In this document: positions 30,982-40,827 of the stretch, piece by piece
Layout of the letters: the number at the start of each line of letters is the position of its first letter
Numbering within the stretch: the first letter of the stretch is position 1
DNA from: Polyangiales bacterium
GTDB taxonomy: Bacteria > Myxococcota_A > Polyangia > Polyangiales > Polyangiaceae
DNA: 64,000 nt
Direction of reading: 5' to 3'
NCBI GenBank assembly: GCA_038231275.1
Contig: JBBRLQ010000002.1
Location: forward strand, 96,001 to 160,000
Program-made: the position numbers and the translations under genes
Notes under the pieces: generated by a model
What the model saw: the letters and a program-made list of their open reading frames with translations, nothing else
Told to the model about the DNA's origin: nothing
Databases searched by the model: none

Positions 30982-31953
30982 TCAGCGCAGCGGGCAGTTG
31001 GTCGCGCAGAAACCGCCCTGGCACTGGTCGGAGCAGCAGTCGGAGGCGACGTTGCACGGCGAGCCGACGAACTTGCACAGCTGCGCGGGCGCGCCGCACA
31101 CCGGAGGGACTCCCGTGCAAATGCGGCCGGCGCAGTCGGCGTTGGAGGTGCACCCCTGACCGTCGGGGAGCGGCGGCGCGGCGCAGACCTTGTAGCCATT
31201 CGGGCCGAGCGTGCAGGGCGCGCGGCAGCAGTCTCCGTCGTTGCTGCAAAAATCACCAGGCGGGCGGCACGGGCCAGGACCCGGATCGCATCTCATTCCG
31301 TCGCCGCTGCCGGAGGTGCATACGCCGGAGCAGCACTCCGACGTATCGCACTCGTCACCGGTCGCCTTGCATCCGCCGCCGGTGCGGCACCGCTTGACGT
31401 CTCCGTCGCAGCTCCCGGAGCAGCAGTCCGCGCCGGTCGTGCACGGGCTCTCCTCTTTCAGGCAGAGCGAGCCGCCGCACGCGCCGCCGTTGCACGCGTG
31501 CGAGCAGCAGTCTTGGGCGCTGGTGCACGAGGCGCCGTTGGCAAGGCAGAAGCTCGTGCACTTTCGCCCTCCGCCGCCGCCGCCGCCGCCGCTACCGACC
31601 GGCTCGCATCGCCCGCTGCAGCATTGGTCGCGCGCCGTGCAGCTCGCGCCAGGTCCCACGCAAACTCCGGACGTGAGGCAGACGTTCGCTTCGCAGCGCG
31701 AGGAGCAGCAGTCGCTCGGCCCTTGGCACGACGCACCGTTGCCGCGGCACGCCTGTCGTGGACCCGCGTCGACGAAATCGCACGGGCGTGTCGCGGCGTC
31801 AGGCTCCGCGCCGTCTCCCTGGAACGATTGGCCGCCGTCGGAAATCGGCAAGAGCTCGATGGTCTCTTCGCGGCCGCACGCCAGGAACGCGACCGCGGCG
31901 CCGAGGACGGTGCCGAAGATGGTTCGCGCGGCGGACGACGTGCGCATCGCCAT
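30982..31953 (-). CDS. Lipoprotein with eight tandem knottin-like Cys repeats
   Basis: FLAC lipobox; repeated C-x6-C-x4/5-CC-x3-C-xn-C. Confidence 0.75.
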   Translation of the reverse strand: MAMRTSSAARTIFGTVLGAAVAFLACGREETIELLPISDGGQSFQGDGAEPDAATRPCDFVDAGPRQACRGNGASCQGPSDCCSSRCEANVCLTSGVCVGPGASCTARDQCCSGRCEPVGSGGGGGGGGRKCTSFCLANGASCTSAQDCCSHACNGGACGGSLCLKEESPCTTGADCCSGSCDGDVKRCRTGGGCKATGDECDTSECCSGVCTSGSGDGMRCDPGPGPCRPPGDFCSNDGDCCRAPCTLGPNGYKVCAAPPLPDGQGCTSNADCAGRICTGVPPVCGAPAQLCKFVGSPCNVASDCCSDQCQGGFCATNCPLR

Positions 31954-31996
31954 CACAGTCTATCCGCCGACGCGAGGGGCTGCACGGAACGACGGC

Positions 31997-32992
31997 TCAA
32001 TTGAGCCGCGCTCCGAGGACGATCGCGCCATGGAGCTGCAGCGGCGAGAGCTCGAGGACCCGCGCGCCGCCGACCGTGTAGTTCTGGTAGCGAAAGAGGT
32101 AGGACCCCCCACCACGTAGTCCGAGGCTCACCGCGCGGGAGAGCGCGAACGAGAAAAGGACGGAGCCGTCGAGCGCCGCGTCGCGCTGCGTCGATTTGAC
32201 CGGGACGTTGCCGGCTTGCACGGTCGTCGCGCCGTCGAGCGAGGTGAAGTGCAGCGCGGGACCGACCTCGGGCTCGATCGCGAAGCGGGTGCCGAGCGGG
32301 AGTCGCCCACGGATCGCGACGCCGAGGCCCAGATCGAGGAAGCGACCCGCGAACGAGTCGTTCGCGACGCCGACGCCAGGCCCTGCCGCGAAGTTCAAAC
32401 CGAGCGCCGCGTACTCGCCGAGGAAGCTCGGAAACCAGAGCGCTCCGAGGCCGATGCGCAAGTCGGCCGAGCTGCCGACCGTGGCGAGCTTGCGCGGTCC
32501 CCCGTACGCTTCGACGCGAAAGACGCCCGCCGCCGGCATGAGTGCGCGCTCGGAGCTGATGCGCTCCTCCACCGGCGCGGCGGTCGTCGATCGCATGAGC
32601 GTCTTCAACGTAAGGGCGAGCGACGCCGCGTTTGGCGCGTCGGTCGGCGGCGCCATCGACAGCGGGCGGGTGACGATGTGACCCGCTTGCGCGTCGAAGA
32701 CCCAGAGCGCGTGGCTCTGCCCGGTCTCGCTGATCCAGACGACGAGGTCGACCTTCTGCGCGTCCGCGACCTGGCGCGCTTCCTTCGCTGCGCCAGGCAT
32801 TCCGCTCGAGAGGCTCGTCCAGTCGACGTGACGCACGTCGAGCTCCCACGTCGAGAGGGCGATCCGTACCTGCCGCTCGACCACCTCGTTGCCGTTCACC
32901 AGCGCGACGGTCCGCCGCTCCGCCGACGCCGTCCTCGCGGCGAACGCGATCGCGAGCGCCAGGAGCGCGGACGCGACGAGGCGAAGAGGCAT
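31997..32992 (-). CDS. Secreted protein with probable C-terminal outer-membrane beta-barrel
   Basis: Signal peptide; amphipathic beta-strands in the C-terminal half. Confidence 0.55.
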   Translation of the reverse strand: MPLRLVASALLALAIAFAARTASAERRTVALVNGNEVVERQVRIALSTWELDVRHVDWTSLSSGMPGAAKEARQVADAQKVDLVVWISETGQSHALWVFDAQAGHIVTRPLSMAPPTDAPNAASLALTLKTLMRSTTAAPVEERISSERALMPAAGVFRVEAYGGPRKLATVGSSADLRIGLGALWFPSFLGEYAALGLNFAAGPGVGVANDSFAGRFLDLGLGVAIRGRLPLGTRFAIEPEVGPALHFTSLDGATTVQAGNVPVKSTQRDAALDGSVLFSFALSRAVSLGLRGGGSYLFRYQNYTVGGARVLELSPLQLHGAIVLGARLN

Positions 32993-33049
32993 GACGAGAA
33001 ACGTAGCCCGCTTGCCTCGCCGATGTCAGCCGCGATGATCGCGCGGCGC

Positions 33050-34231
33050 TCACCGCACCTTCGCGAGGAGCTCCCGCGCGTCCGCCGCGTTCGCGCCGTT
33101 CGGGAAGCGAACGAGGTATTCGTCGAGCATGCGCGCGGCGTCGGCGTTGCGTCCGCGATGCGCCTGGAGCCGACCGGCCGCGAAGAGCGCGTTGGCAGCC
33201 CACGCGCCGCCACCGCCTGCGAGCTTCTTGTACGTCGCGAGCGCTTGATCGGGGTTTTGCGCTTCGAGCTGCGCGGCGCTCTCGTACAACTCTTGCGCGC
33301 TCGGCTGCGGAGGCGCAGGCGGCGGCACGACCGCGGGTGCCGCAGGCGGCGGCGGCGGCAGGTTGAGGCTCGGCGGAGAGGCGGGCGGAGGCGTGCCGAC
33401 AGGAGCGGCTTGCGCGACGGGAGCGGCGGGTGAAGCCGGCGGATCGGCGGTCGCCGCGATGGGCGCCTTCGGGCTCGTGGTCTTCGACAGCGGCGCCGAC
33501 TTGTGTCGCGAAGAGCGAGGCACCGTGCGCGGCGCAGGGGTCGGCGGATCGTTCTGCGTGACGGTGGAGGGCGTCACCGGCGCAATTGCCGTGGGCGTCT
33601 GCGTCGTCTGCGCGGCCGGCCAGCTGTCGCCGTCATGCAGCGTCGTCGTCTGTCCGTGCGACGTCACCTCGACGATGCCGTGCGCGACGAGCACGTGCGC
33701 GCCTCCGCCTTGCGCGTCGCGGGCCACCGTGAAGCGGGTGCCGACGACCTTCACGCGCACGTCTCCCGCTTGCACGACGAACGGCGGGCGGCCCTTGCGC
33801 GGCGCGACCTCGCACTCCACCTTGCCGCGATCGACGACCACCATGATGCCGCGCTCGTCGTCTCCCGACACGAGCACCGCCGACTCCGGCGCCACGTCCA
33901 CGTCCGACTCTCCCAAGGCCACGTGCGAGTCGCTGCTGCCGGTAACGACGCGCGACGGCGCCGAAGCGACCGGCGCGGTCGCAGGTAGTGGACTCGTGAA
34001 GAGCGACTTGGTGGCGAGCGCACCGACCGCGGCGGCCATCGCACCTGCCATCACGAGCGCGACCGCCGGACGCCAACGCCACGACCGCGCGGGCGGCGGC
34101 TGGGACACCATCTTGATCTGCGGCTCCCGATCGAGCTCGGCGTGCTCGAGCTGCGCGAAGAGCGATTTCTCGATCTTCGCCCAACGCGGCTCACTCAGCG
34201 GCTCGACTTCGATCTTCCTGATCGGGTCCAT
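33050..34231 (-). CDS. FecR-domain anti-sigma factor with C-terminal TPR
   Basis: One TM helix, PFVVQAGDVRVKVVGTRFTV FecR motif, YLVRFPNG TPR ending. Confidence 0.85.
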   Translation of the reverse strand: MDPIRKIEVEPLSEPRWAKIEKSLFAQLEHAELDREPQIKMVSQPPPARSWRWRPAVALVMAGAMAAAVGALATKSLFTSPLPATAPVASAPSRVVTGSSDSHVALGESDVDVAPESAVLVSGDDERGIMVVVDRGKVECEVAPRKGRPPFVVQAGDVRVKVVGTRFTVARDAQGGGAHVLVAHGIVEVTSHGQTTTLHDGDSWPAAQTTQTPTAIAPVTPSTVTQNDPPTPAPRTVPRSSRHKSAPLSKTTSPKAPIAATADPPASPAAPVAQAAPVGTPPPASPPSLNLPPPPPAAPAVVPPPAPPQPSAQELYESAAQLEAQNPDQALATYKKLAGGGGAWAANALFAAGRLQAHRGRNADAARMLDEYLVRFPNGANAADARELLAKVR

Positions 34232-34234
34232 GGT

Positions 34235-34912
34235 TCAAAGACCTTCCTGAACGCCGCTCTCGGGCGGTCCGTCATCATCGTCGTCACTATTTTCTTCTTC
34301 GTCCGGCACGAACGCGGCGAGGGTGGCGTCTTTGCGCGCGCGCTTCTCGATCGCGCGGCGCGCACGCCATACCCTCGTCTTGGTCGCGACGAGCGATGCC
34401 TCCATCAAGACGGCGACCTCGGCGAGAGGGCGTCCGTCGATGACGTGCAGCGTGAAGGCGAGCCGCTGTACGGGGTCCATTTTCTCGAGCTCGGCGTAGA
34501 GGTGGCGAGCCGCCTCGCGCAAGAGGGCGCGGGACTCGGCGGAGGCGTCGCCCGACGGCGGCTCCGTGACCAGCTCGAGGTGCGGCGCGCGCGCGCGGCG
34601 CTGCGTGATGTGCGCATAAGCCACCCGCACCGTGCACCGATCGATCCACGTGGCCAAGGACGACTCGCCGCGGAAAAGACGCAGCGAGCGGTAGACGTTC
34701 ATGAACGCCTCCTGGACGAGATCATCCATGAAGGAGTTGGAGCCGAGGATCCGGTAGAGCGTGGCGTGGATGCGGCGCTTGTTCTCGTGGAACAGGCGCT
34801 GCTGGGCGGCGCGATCGCCAGCGACGCACTTCTCGGCGAGCTCGAGATCGGCCGGCGCACGGACCACGCTGAGCGTGGGCGGCTGCGTCTGCGTTCCGAT
34901 CGAGCCAGTCAT
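34235..34912 (-). CDS. ECF RNA polymerase sigma factor
   Basis: DDLVQEAF, FRGESSLATW and region-4 TKTRVWRAR. Confidence 0.92.
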   Translation of the reverse strand: MTGSIGTQTQPPTLSVVRAPADLELAEKCVAGDRAAQQRLFHENKRRIHATLYRILGSNSFMDDLVQEAFMNVYRSLRLFRGESSLATWIDRCTVRVAYAHITQRRARAPHLELVTEPPSGDASAESRALLREAARHLYAELEKMDPVQRLAFTLHVIDGRPLAEVAVLMEASLVATKTRVWRARRAIEKRARKDATLAAFVPDEEENSDDDDDGPPESGVQEGL

Positions 34913-35182
34913 GCCCTCATAGTAGGGAGACGCACTTGAAAGGTTGCGCGGATCGAAAATGACCCAGCACGATTGTTTTTTCGGTGCGCCGATGTGCGCG
35001 GGCGAATTTTCGCCAAAGCGCGCGCGGTTGCGACGGATCGCGTTCGATCCACCTCCGGTGGCGCCAATGTGCGCGCGAAATTGCTACGGTTTTGCTGCAA
35101 CCCCGGCGAGGGCGCGAGACACTAGAGGAGAGGCCCGTCGGACTGGTCGGTGGAAGAGCCACCCGGGCTCGAGGAGAGAAGA

Positions 35183-36106
35183 ATGCGTCATGTCTTCCTG
35201 GTGGGGTCGCTTCTCGTCGCTGGCGCCATGGCGGCGACGGCCTGTGGGAACGCGAACACCACCGTGATCGGCGCCGGCGGCTCGTCGGGCGACATCATCC
35301 TCGACGACGGGGGGACGACGGCCCAGAGCATCGACGGCGGCGCCGGCACCGGGACGACGACCGGGCTTCCTTGCGACGTGCAGAAGGTGCTGGAGGACGG
35401 GTGCATCGCGTGCCACGGCGGAGCGACGTCGCCGCGCCTTCTCACGTACGCGGACCTGACCGCGCAGTCGACGCAGTACGCGGGCCAGACCTATGCGCAG
35501 CGGTCGCTCGCGCGGATGCAGGCCGGGACGATGCCACCGAAGCCCGCGGTCCCGCCGACGGCGCCGGAAATCGCCACGTTCGCCGCGTGGGTGAAGGGCG
35601 GAACGCCGATGGGTGGAACATGCACGAACCTCCCCGACGCCGGCTCCGGCAGCGGCAACACCAACACGCCGCCGGTCTGCACGAGCGGAAAGACCGGCTC
35701 CACGAGCAGCGACAACGGCGCCAACATGGATCCCGGACGGGCGTGCCTCGCGTGCCATCAACAGCAGGGCGGACCTCGCTTCGCCGTCGGCGGCACGCTC
35801 TATCCCACCGCGCACGAGCCGGACATGTGCGTCGGCGGCCCGGCCGGGCTCACCGTCGTCATCACCGACAGCAAGGGCGTCGTCACGACGTTGCCGATCG
35901 AGGCGGCGTCCGGCAACTTCTGCTCGTCGACGAAATGCGGCGCGCCGCAAGGGACCACGATCACGCCGCCGTTCAGCGCCAAGGTCGTGAACCCGACGAC
36001 CGGCGCATCGCGCGTCATGGCCGGGACCATCACGGCGGGCGACTGCAACAGCTGCCACACGCAGAATGGCGCGAACGGCGCGCCGGGCCGCGTCTTCGCC
36101 CCCTGA
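35183..36106 (+). CDS. Tri-haem c-type cytochrome lipoprotein
   Basis: ATAC lipobox; CIACH, CLACH and CNSCH. Confidence 0.8.
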   Translation: MRHVFLVGSLLVAGAMAATACGNANTTVIGAGGSSGDIILDDGGTTAQSIDGGAGTGTTTGLPCDVQKVLEDGCIACHGGATSPRLLTYADLTAQSTQYAGQTYAQRSLARMQAGTMPPKPAVPPTAPEIATFAAWVKGGTPMGGTCTNLPDAGSGSGNTNTPPVCTSGKTGSTSSDNGANMDPGRACLACHQQQGGPRFAVGGTLYPTAHEPDMCVGGPAGLTVVITDSKGVVTTLPIEAASGNFCSSTKCGAPQGTTITPPFSAKVVNPTTGASRVMAGTITAGDCNSCHTQNGANGAPGRVFAP

Positions 36107-36119
36107 ACGATCGCCAACG

Positions 36120-36779
36120 CTACGGCGTGAACGGCTGCGTGCGGAACGTGAGCGACCGGTCGCTCGTGCCGATCTGACGCACGAAGAGGCCCACGAACGA
36201 TCCGAAGAGCGCGTCGCCGGGGCCGATGCCCGTCGAGCCGGTCGGGCGCGCGACCCACTGGCGCATCTGCGCGAGCATCTGCGGCGAGACCGGATTCACG
36301 TCGACGATGACCGCGAGAAAATGCGCCTTGCCACTCGCGAGGAGCGGGCGATCGACGACCGGCAGATCGCGCGCCTCGGCGCACTGGCGGAGGACGCCTT
36401 CGACGTTGATCGCGGCGGTGTCGCGATCGACGCCGGGGCCGGTGATCTTGAGGCGGTAGACCTCCTCCCACAAATCGTAGACGACCCGGCACGTACGCAC
36501 GGTCAAGGCGACCGGCACGGCGTCTTCGTCGCGGAAGACGTACGCGCGCATCGCGATGACGCTCGGGAGTCCGCTCGAGAGCTTGTCGGTGAGCGTCTTG
36601 TCCATGACGTCGCGGAAGGAGAAGCTCGCGCGCAGGAGCGCCTTGTCCCATGCGTAGTTCGCTTGGCGGCTCGGGAGCTGCTGCGGCGCCGTCGGCTGCG
36701 CGGGTTGCTGCGCGCGCGCGTCCGTGACGACCAGGGCCGCCGCCACGAGCAGCCATGCGAATACCGCGCGCGGGCTCAC
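36120..36779 (-). CDS. DUF4390-like secreted protein
   Basis: Signal peptide, LSSGLP and VVYDLWEEVY; overlaps stop of the Omp85 gene. Confidence 0.6.
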   Translation of the reverse strand: MSPRAVFAWLLVAAALVVTDARAQQPAQPTAPQQLPSRQANYAWDKALLRASFSFRDVMDKTLTDKLSSGLPSVIAMRAYVFRDEDAVPVALTVRTCRVVYDLWEEVYRLKITGPGVDRDTAAINVEGVLRQCAEARDLPVVDRPLLASGKAHFLAVIVDVNPVSPQMLAQMRQWVARPTGSTGIGPGDALFGSFVGLFVRQIGTSDRSLTFRTQPFTP

Positions 36780-38443
36780 GGGTTCCCTCGTACCGGCACG
36801 AAACCGAGCAGGTTCGAGAGGCCGAGTGTGAAGGCGCCGGCCTGCGTGTCGATCTTGAGTCCGAGGTTGAACGTGAAATCGATCGGCACCGTCGCGAAGC
36901 CGTTGTACCCACGCGGGTGCTGCGACAAATCACGCCCATCGGCGACGCCGTAGAGACCGGCCGACGTGAAGACGTCGACGCCGTAGACCGAGCGCGTCCC
37001 GCGATAGAGAGGGATGCGGTACTCGAGGTTCACCTTCGCGGCGTATTGCCCGTAGCGAACCTCCACGATGTCGGTGCCGAGGAAGTTCGGCGACGTGCGG
37101 CGGTCGAAGTTCAAGTCGAGCACGCGATCGGGCAAGAGATCGCTGTAGTCGCCGACGTAGAATTTTTCGAAGATCGGCGCGTTGCCGAAGATGGCGCCGG
37201 CGCTCCCCTCGAGGCGCAGGACGTGGCCCCACTTGATCGGCATCCAGTGCGACGCGCGCGCATGGAGCTTCACGTACGAGTAGTCGCTTCCGAGCGGAGC
37301 CAGCGCGGCGTCGGCGAACAGGTACAAGTGCTCGCCGCGCGTCGGGAGGACCGGCTCGTCGCGCGTGTCGTGGATGAGCGTGGCGCGAACGGTCGACAGG
37401 AGCGTCGTGCCCGGCGCGATCTGGAAATCGATCGGCTCGACGTCGAGGCCGCGGTGGTGGCTCGCCGCGAGCGGCAGGTTGGCGTCGATCTTTTCGAGCC
37501 GGTAGTCGAAGAAGAGCTGCGTGGAGACGCCGAGATCGTGCCCGGCGCCGACCATCCCTCCGAAGCGTCGGTACTGCGCGACGGCATAATCCTGGGAGAT
37601 TTGCTGGCGCGGGTCGTCGACGAGGACGTCCTTGTTGCCGAAGAAATCGCGCGCATTGTTGTAGAGGAGCACCGCCTCCGCGGTCCATTGGCTGCCCAAG
37701 AACTGCGGATCGGCGAAGCGGGTGCGGAGGCCGATTTGGCGATCCGCGAGGGCGACGGCGCCGCCCAACGAGATTCCCGTGCCGGCGAGGTTCGTCTCGG
37801 CGATGTCGATGCCGCCGTACGCGGTGAGGGGACGCGCGGCGCCGCTCGGATCGGCGTCGGCGGAGAGGCCGAGCCACACGTCGTTCACGACGATCGTGTT
37901 GCGCTCGACGACGCTGACGACGAGGACGACGAACCCGCGCCGCGTCCCCCGCCGGAGAGACAGGCGCACGTCGCGAAAATAGCCGGTTCCGAGCAAGCGG
38001 AAGCGCGTGAGCTCGAGCTCCTTGTCGTCGACGTCGAGGGTGTCGCCGGCCTTGAGCGGCACGTACCGGAGGACCACACGCGCGAGGGTCGACGTGTTGC
38101 CGCGCACCTCGATGCCCTCGAGCGTGTAGCGGAGACCGACGCGTCCCGGCGCGCGCACGACGCCGGTGGTCGCGGCGGTGGGATCGTCGGGCGCCTTCGG
38201 CGGCGGCGCGGTCGGATCCTTCGGCTCGTCGACCGGCGTCCCGATCGTCGACGGGGGCGGCGCGGGAGGCGGCTGGACGGTCGGCGCAGGCGGCTCCGCG
38301 GGAACGCCGGCGTCGGTCGTCTCTCCACCCCACGTCTTGATCGCGTCGGCGCGCGCCGTTCGTGACGCGCCCGCCATCGACACCATCACCGCCAGGGCGA
38401 GCAGCGTCGAGCAGACCAGACGGGTCGCGGCGTGGCGCGCCAT
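36776..38443 (-). CDS. Omp85/BamA-TamA family outer-membrane protein with a single POTRA domain
   Basis: IEVRGN..T POTRA, LLGTGYF, ETNLAGTG, DTRD.P..PTRG and FEKFYVG. Confidence 0.85.
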   Translation of the reverse strand: MARHAATRLVCSTLLALAVMVSMAGASRTARADAIKTWGGETTDAGVPAEPPAPTVQPPPAPPPSTIGTPVDEPKDPTAPPPKAPDDPTAATTGVVRAPGRVGLRYTLEGIEVRGNTSTLARVVLRYVPLKAGDTLDVDDKELELTRFRLLGTGYFRDVRLSLRRGTRRGFVVLVVSVVERNTIVVNDVWLGLSADADPSGAARPLTAYGGIDIAETNLAGTGISLGGAVALADRQIGLRTRFADPQFLGSQWTAEAVLLYNNARDFFGNKDVLVDDPRQQISQDYAVAQYRRFGGMVGAGHDLGVSTQLFFDYRLEKIDANLPLAASHHRGLDVEPIDFQIAPGTTLLSTVRATLIHDTRDEPVLPTRGEHLYLFADAALAPLGSDYSYVKLHARASHWMPIKWGHVLRLEGSAGAIFGNAPIFEKFYVGDYSDLLPDRVLDLNFDRRTSPNFLGTDIVEVRYGQYAAKVNLEYRIPLYRGTRSVYGVDVFTSAGLYGVADGRDLSQHPRGYNGFATVPIDFTFNLGLKIDTQAGAFTLGLSNLLGFVPVRGNP

Positions 38444-38483
38444 GGGCCAAGCCAAGGTAGCGCAAATCGAGGACGCTCGGCGG

Positions 38484-39131
38484 TCAGGGCGCCGCGTCGG
38501 CCTGGTTCTCCGGGAGCGCGGCCTGTACCGCGGCGGTCGCCAGCGCGGCCTTCTCCGCGGCGACCGCGCGCGGGTACGGCGTCAGATCGAGCTTGAAGCG
38601 CCGCGCGTTGTAAAGCTGCGGCACGAGGAACAGATCGGCTGCGCCGAGATCTGCCCCATATGCGAACGGTCCTGTGACTCCCAGCGACGCGTTGCGTGCC
38701 AAGAGCGCCTCGAACGTCGCGAGGCCGCGCGCGATGAAATGCGTCGCCCACGCCGTGCGCCCCGGCTGCTCGGCGCTCGCCTTCTTGAGGACCGCCAAGT
38801 TCTGCATCGGCTGCGTCCCGGCGTTGATCGTCTCGACGAGCGCACGCACGCGCGCGCGATCGATCGGATCCTTCGGGTAGAGCGCGGGCGACGGCGCCAG
38901 CTCTTCGAGCAGCTCCACGAGCGCCACGCTCTCGGTCAGCTCCTTGCCGTCGATGACCAGGCACGGCACCCACCCCGCCGGGTTGTGCGCCTTGTACTCC
39001 GGCGCCTCCTGCGCGGACTCGAGGAGGTTCACGAAGACCGACTCGTACGGGATCTTCTTGTGCGCGAGCGCGATGCGCACCCGAAACGCCGACGACGACC
39101 GCCAGTACGTATAGAGGACGACCTTGTCCAT
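38484..39131 (-). CDS. maiA: Maleylacetoacetate isomerase (GST zeta)
   Basis: YWRSSSAFRVRIAL, QPMQNL and LVPQLYNARRF. Confidence 0.92.
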   Translation of the reverse strand: MDKVVLYTYWRSSSAFRVRIALAHKKIPYESVFVNLLESAQEAPEYKAHNPAGWVPCLVIDGKELTESVALVELLEELAPSPALYPKDPIDRARVRALVETINAGTQPMQNLAVLKKASAEQPGRTAWATHFIARGLATFEALLARNASLGVTGPFAYGADLGAADLFLVPQLYNARRFKLDLTPYPRAVAAEKAALATAAVQAALPENQADAAP

Positions 39132-39159
39132 GCCTCGGCATACCACGACGCGAATGCGG

Positions 39160-39900
39160 TCAGGGGGCGAGGCGCAGCGCCTTGGCGATCTCGCGCACGT
39201 CGTCGGTCATGATGCCGTCGGCGCCGAGCGCGGCGAGACGGAGGGCCTCGCGCGGATCGTCGATCGTCCAAAAGTGCACGACGATGCCGAGGGCGTGGCA
39301 GCGATCGACGAAGCGGCGCGTGTCGAGGCGAACGCCCATCGCGCGGACCGGCACCTGCGCGGCCGTTCCTTCGAGAGGCGACGCACGGAGGAGCGGCATC
39401 GGCGCGAGCGCGAGGCGGGCGATCTCGGTCTGGCCCAGCCCCGTCGCGCCTTCGTAGCCGAGCCGGCGGACGTGGCGCAGCGTCCGCGCATCGAAGCTGG
39501 CGATGCGGACGCGATCCTGCGCGCGCGCGTGGCGTACCTCGCGGACGAGCGCCTCGGCGGCGGCGGGGCCGGGCGGCTTGCAGTCGACGTTGAACGGCGT
39601 ATCGGGCAGCGCGGCGAGCGCCTCGGCCAAGGTCGGCATCGTGAAGACGCCGAGCCGGCCGTGCCCTGCCGCGACGTTCCACGACCGCACCTCGTCGAGC
39701 GCCGACTCGTCGATGCGCCGTGGAACGCCGGCCGCGCGCGCGCCGGTGGGATCGTGGGAGAGGACGACGTGCCCGTCGCTGGTCAGGTGCGCGTCGGTCT
39801 CGATCGCGGTCGCGCCGAGCTTGATCGCCCGTAAAAATGAGGGGATCGTGTTCTCGGGCACCTCCTTCGGCGCGCCGCGATGGGCGTAGAGCGCGACCAC
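39160..39900 (-). CDS. Glycerophosphodiester phosphodiesterase
   Basis: AHRG, PENT, ETD, HD, WTID and GIMTD. Confidence 0.92.
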   Translation of the reverse strand: MVALYAHRGAPKEVPENTIPSFLRAIKLGATAIETDAHLTSDGHVVLSHDPTGARAAGVPRRIDESALDEVRSWNVAAGHGRLGVFTMPTLAEALAALPDTPFNVDCKPPGPAAAEALVREVRHARAQDRVRIASFDARTLRHVRRLGYEGATGLGQTEIARLALAPMPLLRASPLEGTAAQVPVRAMGVRLDTRRFVDRCHALGIVVHFWTIDDPREALRLAALGADGIMTDDVREIAKALRLAP

Positions 39901-39906
39901 GCGACG

Positions 39907-40827
39907 TCAGCGACGGCGGCGGCGGAACGCGATCACGTTCGCCGTGGGAGCAGGCCCCGGGTCGAGCGGCGGCAGGGCGAGCACCAAGCGCTCGATCTTA
40001 TGGAGCGCCTCGGTGAGCGCGCGCTCGGCGCGGAGCTCGTCGAACGGCGCGTCGTACACGAGCACCACGAGGTAGATGCCGGCGAACGAGCGCGCCACGA
40101 AGCCGTAGTCGTCCTCGCGCACGACGTGGACGATCGGCCGGCCTTTGCGCAGCGCGGGCAGCTCCGGCAGCTCGCGCACCTCACGGATCGCGCGCTGCGA
40201 CACGGCCGGCGGATCCGGATCGTCGTCGAAATCCACGAGCACGTCCGCCGACGGCGCGGGCACCGGCACGAACGCCTCGACGTCTTGCGCCTGCCCCGGC
40301 CGCTCGGGGCTCATCTCGTTGATCAAGCGGAGGAGATCGCGCCGGGACTCCTCGAGCCGCACGAGCGCCGGCACGACCTCTTCGTCCGGCGTGTCGGTCC
40401 GCGGGCCGCGAAGGACCGACGAGCCCCACACGACGGGCGAGTGCGCGTCGAGCACGATCGCGTCGACGGCGCGCGCACGCTGCGCGAGGGCACGGAGCTC
40501 GTCGTGGAGCGACAGCGAAATCGGCTGGCGCGTGGGTCGGTTCATCGTCTCGCTATTGGGCTGCTCCTCGAGCGCCTGCGCGAAGGTGCGGACCAGGATC
40601 TCGAGACGACGCAGGAGCGCCGGCGGGTTCTCCGGCGTCGCGCCGAAGGTGACCGCGACGTGCCTCCCGCCGAGCAGCGACGCGAAGAGGACGTTGGTGG
40701 CACCGCTCGGCACGCTCGCCGCATCGAGGATGCGCACGTCGTCGGCGCCGAGCTCACGCTTCACGAGCGCGGAGAAGCGGGCGAACCCGGTGTCGGTCGG
40801 CGGCGGCGGCGGCGCGCTGGAGGCCAT
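39907..40827 (-). CDS. Hypothetical cytoplasmic protein (possible Roadblock/GAF-like fold)
   Basis: Long ORF in the GC-typical frame; start could be 40848. Confidence 0.6.
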   Translation of the reverse strand: MASSAPPPPPTDTGFARFSALVKRELGADDVRILDAASVPSGATNVLFASLLGGRHVAVTFGATPENPPALLRRLEILVRTFAQALEEQPNSETMNRPTRQPISLSLHDELRALAQRARAVDAIVLDAHSPVVWGSSVLRGPRTDTPDEEVVPALVRLEESRRDLLRLINEMSPERPGQAQDVEAFVPVPAPSADVLVDFDDDPDPPAVSQRAIREVRELPELPALRKGRPIVHVVREDDYGFVARSFAGIYLVVLVYDAPFDELRAERALTEALHKIERLVLALPPLDPGPAPTANVIAFRRRRR

